Of a stretch of DNA of 64,000 nt, positions 11,535 to 22,535 are shown piece after piece. Position 1 is the first letter of the stretch. Each line of letters begins with the position of its first letter. The notes under the pieces are model-generated. The model saw only the letters and a program-made list of their open reading frames with translations. It had not been told where the DNA came from and made no database searches. The position numbers and the translations under genes were made by a program. Location: assembly GCA_000165345.1 (NCBI GenBank), contig CM000431.1, positions 352,001-416,000 on the forward strand, given 5' to 3'.

Positions 11535-12644
11535 TTAATTATGACCAAAAGAATTATTTTTCTCCGATTCCAGGTTAAAATGTCCAGTGTTCGCATTGCA
11601 GTTAGAATCATAGCTAGGCATGTCGGTATTTTCCTGATTTAAGTTTATGGAGATGGTGTTGGTGGAATTATCATTATTAGATTCAGCACTATTAGAATTA
11701 GCATTACCAATAGTTTGAGACTGTTTATTATTGTTAATAATGAGGGAGGAGTTCTTATAACCACCATATTTAAATACAGGGGCTTCAACATGATTAGGAT
11801 CCCAGCCATTTGGATGACTATAGTTGCAAAGAGAATTGTAACAGGCCAAACCGTACCTACAGGGTACAGTGGGGTGAATAAAAAAGCATCCAGGGCCATA
11901 TGGACAGAGAGGCCAAGATTTACAAGCCTCACTAGGGTGAATATAAAAGCAGTGATCACCTTTATCGCAATTAGGCCAGTTTTTACATCTAATTTTAATT
12001 TTTCCATGAGTAGAAGATGGACCAGTGGATGAATTAGCAGCTTGATTGGAAGAGTTATAGGGAGCTCCAGATTGATTAAAGTTATTGGACCTTGTGTAAG
12101 GAGCATTTCTATAATTAACTCTAGGTAGTCTATTATTTCCTACCATTGGACCAGAAGAAGATTCATGATTAATTAGGGAATGATTATTCTTATGTGAGGA
12201 AGCGGGTTGAAATGGTTTTGATCTTCCAGATCCTGATTTATTCTTGATAGCATTAGAGATTGCAAAGTCCAAAGAATCCTTGTTTTGATTGGACTGGGTG
12301 GAACTCTTATGAGTATCATTAGGAGAAGAATTGTTCTTGCCCAAGCCATTATCATGATTAATGTTTGGCATATTATTATTGGTGGAGTAATCGTTTTTAC
12401 TGCTTTCCACAAGCTGAAAGACCCATGTCCCAAATTGAGAAGCCTCATCAGAAAGAAACTCCTTGAGCTCATTGATGATGTGTTCTTTTGGTTGATTATG
12501 GTTTACCATGTGGCAAATGTAATCTGTTAATACTGAAACATCGTCATCTCCAAATATTTCCTGCAATTTGCTCGTAATCTTCGACTGAACCTCTGGAGTG
12601 ACAACTTCTCCAACAGAAGAACCTCCTCCACTAGATGACTCCAT
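11535..12644 (-). CDS. Nab2/ZC3H14-like tandem CCCH zinc-finger poly(A)-RNA-binding protein.
   Basis: The track start at 12668 is a TTG; the first ATG is at 12644 (MESSSGGGSS). The C-terminus has CKNWPNCDKGDHCFYIHP, CKSWPLCPYGPGCFFIHP and CRYGLACYNSLCNYSHP CCCH repeats. The N-terminal helical region resembles the Nab2 N-domain. Confidence 0.65.
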   Translation of the reverse strand: MESSSGGGSSVGEVVTPEVQSKITSKLQEIFGDDDVSVLTDYICHMVNHNQPKEHIINELKEFLSDEASQFGTWVFQLVESSKNDYSTNNNMPNINHDNGLGKNNSSPNDTHKSSTQSNQNKDSLDFAISNAIKNKSGSGRSKPFQPASSHKNNHSLINHESSSGPMVGNNRLPRVNYRNAPYTRSNNFNQSGAPYNSSNQAANSSTGPSSTHGKIKIRCKNWPNCDKGDHCFYIHPSEACKSWPLCPYGPGCFFIHPTVPCRYGLACYNSLCNYSHPNGWDPNHVEAPVFKYGGYKNSSLIINNNKQSQTIGNANSNSAESNNDNSTNTISINLNQENTDMPSYDSNCNANTGHFNLESEKNNSFGHN

Positions 12645-12774
12645 CCTTTTGCTATTTTTATCAACCAAAATAATTGATATTTTCTCTTTAATTAATTTTC
12701 TCCCTCCAGCTTTGGTTTCTCTTTATTTATATAAATATTAATTAATTATACAAAATATACATATAAACTCAAAG

Positions 12775-12825
12775 TTTGGCGCCAAAGTGCGGAACAGCTA
12801 ATTGTCATCGTTTTTGGCGCCAAAC
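12775..12825. promoter_or_regulatory. Two perfect TTTGGCGCCAAA palindromes (12775-12786, 12814-12825). They lie in the divergent promoter between the Nab2-like gene (minus) and the 13006 gene (plus).
   Basis: Seen in the sequence. This is the textbook E2F/DP consensus TTTSGCGCSAAA. Confidence 0.55.
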
Positions 12826-13005
12826 GTTTATTAAGAATTTGAATTTTACTGGATGTAAAAAATTCATTGCAAAAATAGGCAAAGAAAGAAAGATGGGCAA
12901 AAATTGATTATTTGTAAATTGTAAAATTTATATTTTTGTGGGAAGTATGTGCATTTTGGTTGGATTAAATTGTTATAATTTTTATTTTGTGTTGCATTTT
13001 AATTA

Positions 13006-14376
13006 ATGAAGGAAGACTCAAATCATGGATTATTATTGGATGTACCATTCACAAGTCCCATTTGCACGATAAATTCAACTGATGACAAGATCTTAGTAGG
13101 AACATGGGATGGTTACTTTTATCAGATTTGTTTAAACAAAAAAGATGATGTAGTTACAGTACAAATAGAACCTTCTTACCCAATAAGGTATATAAGTGCA
13201 TTGAAAGATTCAAACTGTGAAGTAGACCCCCATACTGGGGCTCAGAAGAGCTATGAGCTTATTTTGGGAGGTACATATAGAACAAAAGTAAGAATGAAAA
13301 ATCGGATCAATTCACCTATAACTCCATTGGAAGAGCTTGAGATATCATCAGACTCTCATTACCAAATAATTGAAACAAGATCAAGCCTTGAACCTTTTGA
13401 ATCTCATACTAAAGGAATTGAATTTGGAAACAAGTACCATGGGGGCCCCTTGTTTTTGTTTTCATCAACTATTAATTCGTATTTTGGTTTTAATAGTGAA
13501 AAAGGAGAAATTGAAATATTAATTGGGAATTTTAATCTTCCAGACAGAGAATTTGTTATTTTAGATTATGATTTTCTGAATAACCATTTGCTTATTGTTG
13601 AGAGATCACCAGAAAGATTGGACTATTATGCATTATGTTCACTTCAAATACTTGAACTACCAAATTCCCAGAATTACTTGCAAGAGGAAGTTGATTCAAG
13701 TAATATCACTAATTTAGCAGAAATACCTCCAAAATATATACTAAACTTTCCTATAAAGAATCCTCTCTTTATTACATCTAATATCAAGTCAGATTTAACT
13801 CTTAATTCATCAGCTGAATATAATAACTTTAAAGATTCTACTCACGTATATAAATATCTCTACTCCACAATGTTTTCAATTTCTGACTTCAAAAAACGAC
13901 CTTTGAATATATTCAAGTCAATGTATAATCTTTGTGATGCAAAATTCTGGGGATTTAATTCCTTTATATTTCTTGTTTCAAACCACACAATTATTGCAAT
14001 CGATGTCCTTTTCTCAAAAGATAATGAATTTGTAACTAATACAAACACTAAATGCAAATTCTGCATTAAGTCACCAGATCGAAATATTACATCTATCTCC
14101 ACTACCAATTACAATTACTTGGTTGCATTAACAGAAAAAAACAGAATATTTCTATTAAATAGAAATGGTGAGATTGTGTATTCTATAAGTAATATAACCC
14201 CTAATAAATCCAATTTTAGATGGGTTTGGCCAGCGCATGTATTTGTTACGCACACCGGTACTATAATCTTTTCAACTACCAAAGGGTTATATTATATTCA
14301 CTGTGATTTATTGGACAAAAGAAAAACTCAATTTACGAAGAATCAGAGCTTTATCATAGATTTACCTAATAATTAA
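13006..14376 (+). CDS. Hypothetical protein, 456 aa, no confidently recognisable domain.
   Basis: Genuine ATG at 13006. A long ORF in an AT-rich context with coding-like composition. Confidence 0.55.
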   Translation: MKEDSNHGLLLDVPFTSPICTINSTDDKILVGTWDGYFYQICLNKKDDVVTVQIEPSYPIRYISALKDSNCEVDPHTGAQKSYELILGGTYRTKVRMKNRINSPITPLEELEISSDSHYQIIETRSSLEPFESHTKGIEFGNKYHGGPLFLFSSTINSYFGFNSEKGEIEILIGNFNLPDREFVILDYDFLNNHLLIVERSPERLDYYALCSLQILELPNSQNYLQEEVDSSNITNLAEIPPKYILNFPIKNPLFITSNIKSDLTLNSSAEYNNFKDSTHVYKYLYSTMFSISDFKKRPLNIFKSMYNLCDAKFWGFNSFIFLVSNHTIIAIDVLFSKDNEFVTNTNTKCKFCIKSPDRNITSISTTNYNYLVALTEKNRIFLLNRNGEIVYSISNITPNKSNFRWVWPAHVFVTHTGTIIFSTTKGLYYIHCDLLDKRKTQFTKNQSFIIDLPNN

Positions 14377-14509
14377 CTACTATGTTTTTTCTCACTAAAT
14401 AAATAATTACTTTAATTTCATCCATTTTAAGCTCTTTTCTCCCCCACCTTTGCTTTTTCTTCACAACTTTTTATATTCAAAATTTATATAATTTTATTTG
14501 CATGAATTA

Positions 14510-14515
14510 GGCGCC
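14510..14515. promoter_or_regulatory. GGCGCC element (TTAGGCGCCAAACTC) about 340 bp upstream of RPL14.
   Basis: Seen in the sequence. Confidence 0.4.
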
Positions 14516-14853
14516 AAACTCTCGTCTCGTCTTGAGACAGTTAAAAGTATAAATAATCATAGTAAACTTTTAATAGAAAGTCAACAATGTATTTGTTAAT
14601 TCCGTATTAATTTAATTGCAACTTTTGAATTAAGAATTTAGTTAAAATAAAAAATTATTAAAATTGACAATTTTGTTATTTAATAATAATCCCAAATATA
14701 TTTCAAGGTCAAATATAGAACAAAGAAGTTGTGGCGCGCACCAAAGACAAATATTAATAAAATATAAACGGGAATCTCCAATTCTGAATTTTGATAATTT
14801 AATTATTCCAGAACTTTTAGCCGTTCTATCAAGAAGGTATCAAATAATAGAAA

Positions 14854-15787
14854 ATGACTTTATTTACTCGTTTTGTTGAGCCAGGTCGTCTTTGCAGAAT
14901 CCAATATGGACCAGACACAGGAAAGATGTGCTTTATTATTGATGTCATTAATATGAATCGTATCTTGATTGACGGTCCATCAACTAATGTAGCTCGTCAG
15001 AGTATTCCTCTGAAGAGACTTGCTCTCACTGATTTTAAGGCAAAGATTCCTCGTGGTGCTAGAACTGGAACTGTTAAGAAGATTTTGGAAAAGGACAACA
15101 CTATTGAGAACTTTAATAAGACCACATATGGTCAGAAATGGTAAGTTTACTTATTATTTGGTTGATTTTCGGCATTTTTGGGGTTAGAAGTTTACCTTAT
15201 TAAACAGTACTTACAGTTAAGACATACATATTGTGGTAATTCTGTTGAATGTATGTATTCAAAATGATGTAAATACATCACTTAGTCTCGTTCGTCTTAA
15301 TAGGCTTCTCAATTTATTTGTGAGGCTTGTTGTGATGATAATATGTATTATCTGACTTGATGTCATTTCCACGGGATTAAGCCACTTTTATGTATAATTT
15401 CTATACATTAACTGTCAAGTTGGTTCTGCACTGGAACTAGGTTCTTAATATCTAAATTATAATATTTTCTCTTATGTGGAGACAAATATATATATATATA
15501 TATATATATATTATGAACGAAAGCCTATTAGTGCATATAGAACTTTATTTATGTAAACTTCTACCGCATTACACTACTCTGAATCAAACGTAGATTCAGA
15601 TCATGGAATATAATCCGTAAATCGACCTTCTCCCCTTTTTTCAACCTTTGTTTTAACCATTATTTCCTTTAGTGCTGCCAAAATTTTCAAGGCTAATATG
15701 ACTGACTTTGAGCGTCATGCTCTTTTGGTTGCTCGTAAGAAGAGACAATACCTCGTAAAGCAAATCATCAAGACCAAGAAGAACTAA
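14854..15787 (+). CDS. RPL14: 60S ribosomal protein L14 (eL14). Exons 14854..15140 and about 15673..15787; phase-2 intron 15141..15672.
   Basis: Exon 1 MTLFTRFVEPGRLCRIQYGPD...TYGQKW ends at a GTAAGT donor. Exon 2 follows TTTCCTTTAG and encodes AAKIFKANMTDFERHALLVARKKRQYLVKQIIKTKKN (compare yeast L14 [31 protein letters not shown]). The exact acceptor nucleotide is uncertain by ±3. Confidence 0.8.
15486..15511. repeat. (AT)13 dinucleotide microsatellite inside the RPL14 intron.
   Basis: Seen in the sequence. Confidence 0.9.
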
Positions 15788-16117
15788 ATATGAATGATTA
15801 TAGACTTTCTATTTAGAAGTGGGAAGGCTAGCTCGCTAGTTAAATGGTACACATATGTGTTTGCGGAGAGAGAAATGAATTATTATTTCTATTATTTGGA
15901 AGTAGGGTTGGAAAGTTTGAGATCTAAACTAAACCTTTTTTTTCAGGCTTTCTTAGATATTAGATTACTTTGGTAATAATGAAAATACATTCATCGTTAT
16001 TACCTCCTATCTCCATTTAAATTTATAATTTCAAAAGAAGTCTCTTCATTATACCGTAATTTCTGTTTACAGTATTTAATTGTTGTTTTCTTAGTTGTAT
16101 AAATATATAAACACTTC

Positions 16118-16123
16118 GGCGCC
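16118..16123. promoter_or_regulatory. GGCGCC element (CTTCGGCGCCAAAATC) about 95 bp upstream of the RING gene.
   Basis: Seen in the sequence. Confidence 0.45.
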
Positions 16124-16215
16124 AAAATCATCAAAATAATACAATTTCCAAAAAAAAACTTGCCAGAAGAGTTAGTGAGGTTCTGATAGGTGGATGTGTC
16201 ATATTCTTTGAAAGA

Positions 16216-17016
16216 ATGGGTAATTTAATAGAAAGAGAGAATAGAGGAGTGCAATATCCAGTCAGAGAACAAATAACAAGAAGATTGAGTAATACAGAAT
16301 ATATTTTTAGTGAGGCTCTGAATAGGAATGATCCCAGAATTTCACTAAATAACGAAAAGCAAGAAAAAAAGCTGATTAGTGTTAGCAAGTCAAAAGCAAT
16401 ACAAAATCAGTGCCATATTAATGGCTTATCAATCCGATATATACCTTCTTTAAAGAGGATGAGATTCGAATATGACTGTATTCAAGATTCAATTTTGAAC
16501 ATATACAATTCAAATTCATTAGAGGAAAACTTAATTAACACAGAAAAACCAATATTCTCCCACATTGTACCAAAGTCTTTGAATAAAGAGTTTCAATGCG
16601 ACTTGAAATCAGACTTAAAACAAAATTTTGTATTGGAGATTAAGCCAAAAAGTTCTTCCACTAATAATACTGAGACTATCCAGCTAACATTTTGTGAGCA
16701 GATCCCAAAGAAAGCAAATAATGCATTGGAAAGCCAGATAGAAATTAAAAGGCAGTGTGTACTTTACAATGGCAAAGCATTTGAAATCCAAAATATATTC
16801 GGGTTATCAAACAAATCCAGTAAGGCTTCAAAGAATGATGAAGATTCAGAAAAATGTGTAATTTGTTTAACAAATAATCGGGAAACAATATTGCTTCCCT
16901 GTAGGCATGCTTGTCTATGTAAAATATGTAGTAATACGTTATTTAAAAATACTCAAGATTGTCCAATTTGCAGAAACTCAGTCTTGGGAGTAGTAAATAT
17001 TGAAGATAGTAAGTAA
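16216..17016 (+). CDS. MGRN1/LOG2-family C3HC4 RING E3 ubiquitin ligase.
   Basis: ATG at 16216. The C-terminus KCVICLTNNRETILLPCRHACLCKICSNTLFKNTQDCPICRN aligns with MGRN1 [41 protein letters not shown]. The protein begins MG. Confidence 0.75.
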   Translation: MGNLIERENRGVQYPVREQITRRLSNTEYIFSEALNRNDPRISLNNEKQEKKLISVSKSKAIQNQCHINGLSIRYIPSLKRMRFEYDCIQDSILNIYNSNSLEENLINTEKPIFSHIVPKSLNKEFQCDLKSDLKQNFVLEIKPKSSSTNNTETIQLTFCEQIPKKANNALESQIEIKRQCVLYNGKAFEIQNIFGLSNKSSKASKNDEDSEKCVICLTNNRETILLPCRHACLCKICSNTLFKNTQDCPICRNSVLGVVNIEDSK

Positions 17017-17133
17017 AAATCAATGTTTACTAGCAAATACCGGTTTTTACATGCATGGTTACATGCAAATTTGTAAATTTGGTTATAATATAAATATAAA
17101 GAAAAAGAAATCTAAGACATATATTTCCCTGAT

Positions 17134-17724
17134 TTAAAATAGATTAGTCTTTCTCATAATACGGATAAATTCTTCTTGATTAATTTCTCCATCTCCATCT
17201 CTATCAGCTTCATCAATCATTTCTTGAATTTCCTCGTCAGAAATATTTTCTCCTAATTCTTTTGCAACCCTTTTTAGGTTTTTAAAGGTGATTTTCCCAG
17301 TTTCATCATCATCAAACAATTTAAATGCTTTAATAATTTCTTCTTTTGGGTCTCTTTGAAGTATTTTAGTCTCAACTAAGTCGTAAAAATCATTATAGCT
17401 AACCATTCCATTATTTAGTTCAACATTGGACAAAATTTTCTTTAATTCCTCTTTCTTTGGATCAAATCCCAAGGCTCTCATTGCCACTTTTACTTCCTTA
17501 ATATCAATATAACCTATCGAGTCCCCATCAAAAAGCTCAAAAGCTTCCTTAATTTCCATTTTTTGCTGTTCTGTTAGTTCTGTTCTTTTCGAGACTGAAC
17601 CCATATAGCTATTTCCAATTCCATTTCCACCCAAGTTACTTCCACTTCCTCCACCCAATCCGCTTATCCCATTCACTCCCAGAGATGAACTTGACGAGGG
17701 GCGAGACCTCATAATATTCTTCAT
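17134..17724 (-). CDS. Centrin/caltractin, a 4 EF-hand protein with a Gly/Ser-rich N-terminal extension.
   Basis: The track M at 17730 is a TTG; the true ATG is at 17724 (MKNIMRSRP). EF-hand loops [18 protein letters not shown] and DRDGDGEIN are present, and the protein ends in a centrin-like C-terminus. Confidence 0.85.
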   Translation of the reverse strand: MKNIMRSRPSSSSSLGVNGISGLGGGSGSNLGGNGIGNSYMGSVSKRTELTEQQKMEIKEAFELFDGDSIGYIDIKEVKVAMRALGFDPKKEELKKILSNVELNNGMVSYNDFYDLVETKILQRDPKEEIIKAFKLFDDDETGKITFKNLKRVAKELGENISDEEIQEMIDEADRDGDGEINQEEFIRIMRKTNLF

Positions 17725-17894
17725 TCCCAAATCTATACCTTAAATCAGAAGCTTAGATTCTAGGTTTAAAAAATATAATACAAAAGAATAAATAGTCAAA
17801 TCTTTTTTATTTCTTAAATTTTTGTTTATCCTAGATTTCTTTAATACCAAATTCCTTTAATTACATTATTTAGTTTTATTTTCAAAGTAGTTTA

Positions 17895-17910
17895 GGCGCC
17901 AAAGCATGTA
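17895..17910. promoter_or_regulatory. GGCGCCAAAGCATGTA composite element 175 bp upstream of centrin.
   Basis: Seen in the sequence. Confidence 0.45.
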
Positions 17911-17951
17911 ACAATTATTATGAAATATTACGTGTAAAAATAATTAAATAA

Positions 17952-20090
17952 CTAAAAACTTAAAGAATTTTGAGTGGGGTCATCCAAATTGGTGCTTTCA
18001 CCCCCAGACTCTTTTTTAGAACTACTACTACTTACTATTTCAGTTTCATGATATATGTCTGAGTCAGCTTTTCTAGCAATATGTGCGTTATTTGTACAAA
18101 CCAAGTCACAGCTTAAGGCTTGAGATTCGTAATCTTTATCATCAAATCCACTTCTATCATCAAAACTACTATTATTATCATTTGTATTGTAGTTATTGTC
18201 TAGAAATGATGAAATTTCTTTCTCAGATTGGATTTCTGAGTGCTTATACTCTACAGTAACACCCTCATAATTTAAAGATGGAGGGCTTTCTTCTTCTAAA
18301 ACATGTTCAGGCTTTAATTCAGATTCAGAACCGGTGATAGCATCGGGTTGTTTGTTTTCCAACTGGGAAGAATGTTCGGTTGACTCAGCTTGTTTTTGCT
18401 GTGGTTGGATCTGTACATTGCCATGCTCTTTTCCATCCTCCAAATCGTGTTGATTTATTAAGCCAATCTCGAAGCTCAAAACTGAGTTAATTTGAGAGTA
18501 AAACTTCTCAGATAGTAAGTTTAGAATAAATGACGTGTTCTCTGAGAATATTTCACTATCGAAGGAGAATTTACATTCTTTGAGTTGTTCTACTTTTAAC
18601 TTGAGCTGTTGTCTTCTTTGCTTTCTGTTTAAAAGTACTTCATGTTTGCAAGCGTCCATTCTATTGATCTCATCCTGACGGCTCTTTCTAATCCTCTCAA
18701 TCTTTTCCATAAACTCTTTTTCCTGGTGTAATACGCTCGAGTAACTATCCTCAAGCTCCAAAACTTCTTGTTGAAGAACTTGAATTGTTTGTGAAATCAT
18801 AGAGGCTTCTTTAAAGTTTGCGTTTTTAATCTTGTCAGATTTTGAGGCTTGGGAAAGCCGGATCTGTTCTTCTAATAACTCCTTCTCCTCACCTTTGTAT
18901 CTCTTTATTTCCTGTATTTCTCGCAGTTTCTCTAAAACTACCTTTTCCTGTTTTTCAATCTTGGAAATTTCCTCTTGGATCAGTTTTAGTAAATCGCCTT
19001 CTCTAGAAATTTCCAACTTATATTCGCTCTGTTTCCTTTGTATAGGATATACAAAATTTTGTAAACATTCTTCAATCCAACAAATTATTATTGTCAAGCT
19101 TGAAAGCTCGTCTTTATAAACTTGTCTTGTACTTTTATATTCTTCAATTCTAATCCTTCTTTCGCTTTCTTCTTTTTTAATCCTCATTTCTTCAAGCATT
19201 ATTTCATTCTCAACATTAGAAAGTTCTTCCAATAACTTATTCTTTAGCCTGATTAGCTCTGAATATCTCTCTGAAATACTCATTGGCTCATTCTGTAAAT
19301 TATTCTCATCCTCCTCTCTATTTGTTGTCTTGTTAATCCCAACTTGCTCCAAATCACCGCCATAACCCTTAAGATCTTTGGTATTTTCTTCCAAATCTTG
19401 TTCTAACCTTTCTAATTTGCTTTGAATATTTAAACCAAAAGTCTCAAATTTACCTACCATCTTTGAAAACCATTTGGAAAGCTCCTCAATATCATGGCTT
19501 GTACCAAATACTCCCATACTTTCACTATTCAAATTTGAAACCAAATCCTTTAAAGAGACTGAATCCTCATCATATATCTGTTCATAGTCATATCTACTCT
19601 TTCTTAATACTGTCTTTACTTCACTACTTCTTTCATATGAAGCTTCTGATCCTGACCCAACTAGAAATGGGCAATTCGTAGTTGAATTTAGCTCAATTTG
19701 TGCATCAGTATCTTCCGTAGCCACTACTACTGTCTTCTCTATCATATCCTCCTTAAAACTCTTCTTTAATATTGAGCTCTTTCCATCATTTATCTCCCTA
19801 TTTCTATTATTCAATCCCATGGAGCCTAAGTTTTGCCTTAATGCCTCAACTTTGTTCTCATCTCTTGGTTCACTCTTCTTTTCTGCTTTCAAAGCTGATG
19901 TTCTTTTCGAAAATAATGAACTTAAATTCGACTCCTCTTGCCTTTGTTTTTCCATCCCCATTAATGAGGGTCTGGAAATTGATGTACATCCTATACCTAT
20001 ATTACTTTCTCCTATTTCCGGCCTTACTGCTTTTCTTGTCTTCTTTCTGATACCTGTGATACTAAAATTTTTATCTGAATTTAATTCCAT
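17952..20090 (-). CDS. Large coiled-coil protein, 712 aa, function unknown.
   Basis: Genuine ATG start. The central ~350 aa are heptad-like and E/K/L/Q-rich (LEEMRIKKEESERRIRIEEYKS...). The tails are Ser/Asn-rich. Confidence 0.6.
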   Translation of the reverse strand: MELNSDKNFSITGIRKKTRKAVRPEIGESNIGIGCTSISRPSLMGMEKQRQEESNLSSLFSKRTSALKAEKKSEPRDENKVEALRQNLGSMGLNNRNREINDGKSSILKKSFKEDMIEKTVVVATEDTDAQIELNSTTNCPFLVGSGSEASYERSSEVKTVLRKSRYDYEQIYDEDSVSLKDLVSNLNSESMGVFGTSHDIEELSKWFSKMVGKFETFGLNIQSKLERLEQDLEENTKDLKGYGGDLEQVGINKTTNREEDENNLQNEPMSISERYSELIRLKNKLLEELSNVENEIMLEEMRIKKEESERRIRIEEYKSTRQVYKDELSSLTIIICWIEECLQNFVYPIQRKQSEYKLEISREGDLLKLIQEEISKIEKQEKVVLEKLREIQEIKRYKGEEKELLEEQIRLSQASKSDKIKNANFKEASMISQTIQVLQQEVLELEDSYSSVLHQEKEFMEKIERIRKSRQDEINRMDACKHEVLLNRKQRRQQLKLKVEQLKECKFSFDSEIFSENTSFILNLLSEKFYSQINSVLSFEIGLINQHDLEDGKEHGNVQIQPQQKQAESTEHSSQLENKQPDAITGSESELKPEHVLEEESPPSLNYEGVTVEYKHSEIQSEKEISSFLDNNYNTNDNNSSFDDRSGFDDKDYESQALSCDLVCTNNAHIARKADSDIYHETEIVSSSSSKKESGGESTNLDDPTQNSLSF

Positions 20091-21118
20091 CTTAACTACT
20101 CTTTGAAATATTCTAATAAAAGTAAAATTAATTCAACTTCGCTTAGTCTTCTCCAAATATTTTTTGGAATTTCACTCTTAAAATCCACTATATGTTATTT
20201 TTCATTACAATTTCCTAGCTTATAACTCTTAATTTCCCACTCCTCTTTTCTGGCCAATTTAATTAATATTTATCTCTATTTTTATAATTATATAAAATTT
20301 AATTTTTTTTTTTTAAGTGGCATTACCCTCTTCTATTCCCATGTAGTCGTATTTTTTTTATTAATAAATGCCGGTACTAAAAAAAACATGCACATGCCCC
20401 CCACATTAAAAATTTAATGTTATTCAACATTTGTCTGCATTTAACGTAGTATTAGTTTCAACTAAGAAAACAATTTTGAAATCATACACACACCTAGGAT
20501 ATATCCAAAAATCACCCCTCGGTAGATGTCAGGACCCCTACACCCCTTCCATTAATCAGTGTATAACTTATTTAAAAAAAACAAATAGAACACGTAAAAA
20601 CACGTAATTTGCACACGAAAAAAAAAGAAAATCCAAAATTACAATATTAATGAAATAAAGTCGTTTTAATGGAAAAAGAACGATAACCACAGGCTTTCTA
20701 GTCCAACTTTATACATCCGGCGCTGTTAACATTAGAAAGTTAACATTTAGTAGATAGTATATTATTAAGATAAGAAATAAGGATAACCATTTCCCATCTA
20801 ATATTTTAGGACTACCGGCTAAAATGGCCGGTCCGGAGTCTGGATACAATTGATGGGAAAAAATACCAATGTATTTCGGTTAGACCTAAATGAGATTTGT
20901 ATGCCAAAAACTCTTCCAAATTCTTAATTGATATTTGCCAGAGATTTCTTTTTCTCGAAAAAAACACTGATTACTCGAATTGCAGCTAAAATATAATATT
21001 ATACATAGGAATTCCTGAGTCTGAAGATGGTCATTTCTGGAATTGGAAACCTCTTTTACAGAAAGGACCTACCACTATCCATCAGATCAAAGACCTTCCT
21101 AAATCCATACTACACTGC

Positions 21119-21883
21119 TTATGATGCTTCTGGAGCACCTTCAGCTTCTCCGGATGCGCCCAAGTCTGCAGTCCATAAAGTCAAGTTATCTCTCAAGAGC
21201 TGCATAATTAGAGTAGAATCTTTATAGCAATCTTCAGATAACTTGTCTAATTGTTCAATAGCCATTTCAAAAGCTTCCTTGGCCATATCTATAGCTGCTC
21301 TTGGTTCATTCAATATTTCATAATGGAATACTGAGAAGTTCAATGCTAAGCCAAGTCTAATTGGGTGAGTTGGTTCCAAATCCTTAGCAACAACTGTAGC
21401 ATCCTTGTAAGCTTTTAAGGCATCCTCAGCAGAGCTCTGCTTGGAGTCACCTGTGGAGAACTCGGAGATATATCTGTGATAATCTCCCTTCATCTTGAAA
21501 TAGAAAACTTTACTATCTGGACTTGTTGCTGTTGGAATTAAGTGCTTGTCAAGCATAGTCAAGATGTCATTGCAAATATCTGTAAGCTCAGCCTCAACTT
21601 TGCTTCTATACTTTCCACACATCTTGCTGGCATCCTCGGCATTTCTGCTGTGTTCTTTCTGCTCAACAGAAGAGATTATTCTCCATGAAGATCTTCTGGA
21701 TCCAACAGCATTCTTATAAGCAACGCTAAGTAAGTTTCTTTCTTCTACAGTAAGTTCTTCAGATTCTTGTCTTGCCTCAACAACATCCTTCATGTATTTG
21801 GCCATTTCATCATAACGTTCAGCCTGTTCAGCCAATTTGGCCATATAAACATTAGACTCTCTTGCATTTACTGAATCACTCAT
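21119..21883 (-). CDS. 14-3-3 protein.
   Basis: ATG at 21883. The protein carries 14-3-3 hallmark blocks: [40 protein letters not shown], and an acidic C-terminus. Confidence 0.9.
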   Translation of the reverse strand: MSDSVNARESNVYMAKLAEQAERYDEMAKYMKDVVEARQESEELTVEERNLLSVAYKNAVGSRRSSWRIISSVEQKEHSRNAEDASKMCGKYRSKVEAELTDICNDILTMLDKHLIPTATSPDSKVFYFKMKGDYHRYISEFSTGDSKQSSAEDALKAYKDATVVAKDLEPTHPIRLGLALNFSVFHYEILNEPRAAIDMAKEAFEMAIEQLDKLSEDCYKDSTLIMQLLRDNLTLWTADLGASGEAEGAPEAS

Positions 21884-22491
21884 TTTTGAATTCTTAATAT
21901 TAAGTTCAGAATCACGAATAGTGTGCTGAGTTCTTAGTATTTACCTATTGAGTTAAATACTATTTAATCTTATATTATTGTCTATCTTATGTATATGTAG
22001 ATATATATATGTATATAAATTATAAATTAATTTATATATAAATATATATATGTATATTTATTATCCACTCAATAAGTATATATTACTATATTGCTAATAT
22101 CTGGATGTTTTATCTAAAATTCCCCCAGTGGAATAATTAATGTGTATAATCTTATTGTATCTTTCCACGTTAAATTAAGTGAATAGACATGAAGCTTCTC
22201 ACACTTGACCTTTATATAATAAGTTATTGATATGCACAACAAACCTATTAACGTCTTATCTATTACAAATTATCTTGAATTACCCCCTCCTAATTACAGT
22301 GCAATATATTTCTTAATAAATATAATATCCTACTCTTTGGTGTCTAAGATAATTTATCTTCACTTTTACAATTTTACTACGTATTATTTACTAGTCCTTT
22401 ATTTCCACTATGTATAAATAAATATATATTATATTTGTATTAATTAATTAATCAATATACTTATATCTAGCCGCAATTATCCATTCTAACT

Positions 22492-22535
22492 ACTCCCCAC
22501 CCCTCTCAGACAAGCTTGACTGAAATGTGGGGAGT
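22492..22535. other. Perfect 9-bp inverted repeat ACTCCCCAC(N26)GTGGGGAGT, a potential stable hairpin. It sits in a GC-richer island of the 14-3-3/RPL12 intergenic region.
   Basis: Seen in the sequence. GCCGCC(N7)GGGCGG hairpin/G-box elements follow at 22570-22588. Confidence 0.5.

Noticed and set aside
11645-12530. Nested ORFs 11645-12106(-), 11715-12032(+), 12173-12472(-) and 12285-12530(+).
   Set aside because: They are alternative-frame or antisense reads inside the Nab2-like CDS.
18832-20106. Plus-strand ORFs 18832-19119, 19463-19681, 19772-20050 and 19819-20106.
   Set aside because: They are antisense to the long coiled-coil gene, whose low-complexity reverse frames stay open by chance.
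20809-20850. CCGGCTAAAATGGCCGG palindrome, considered as a possible U2-like or H/ACA element.
   Set aside because: It has no branch-point-binding GUAGUA and no Sm site or ACA box nearby. It is kept only as part of the unexplained-spacer finding.
21027-21227. 66-aa plus-strand ORF.
   Set aside because: It overlaps the 3' end of the 14-3-3 CDS in antisense and has no support.
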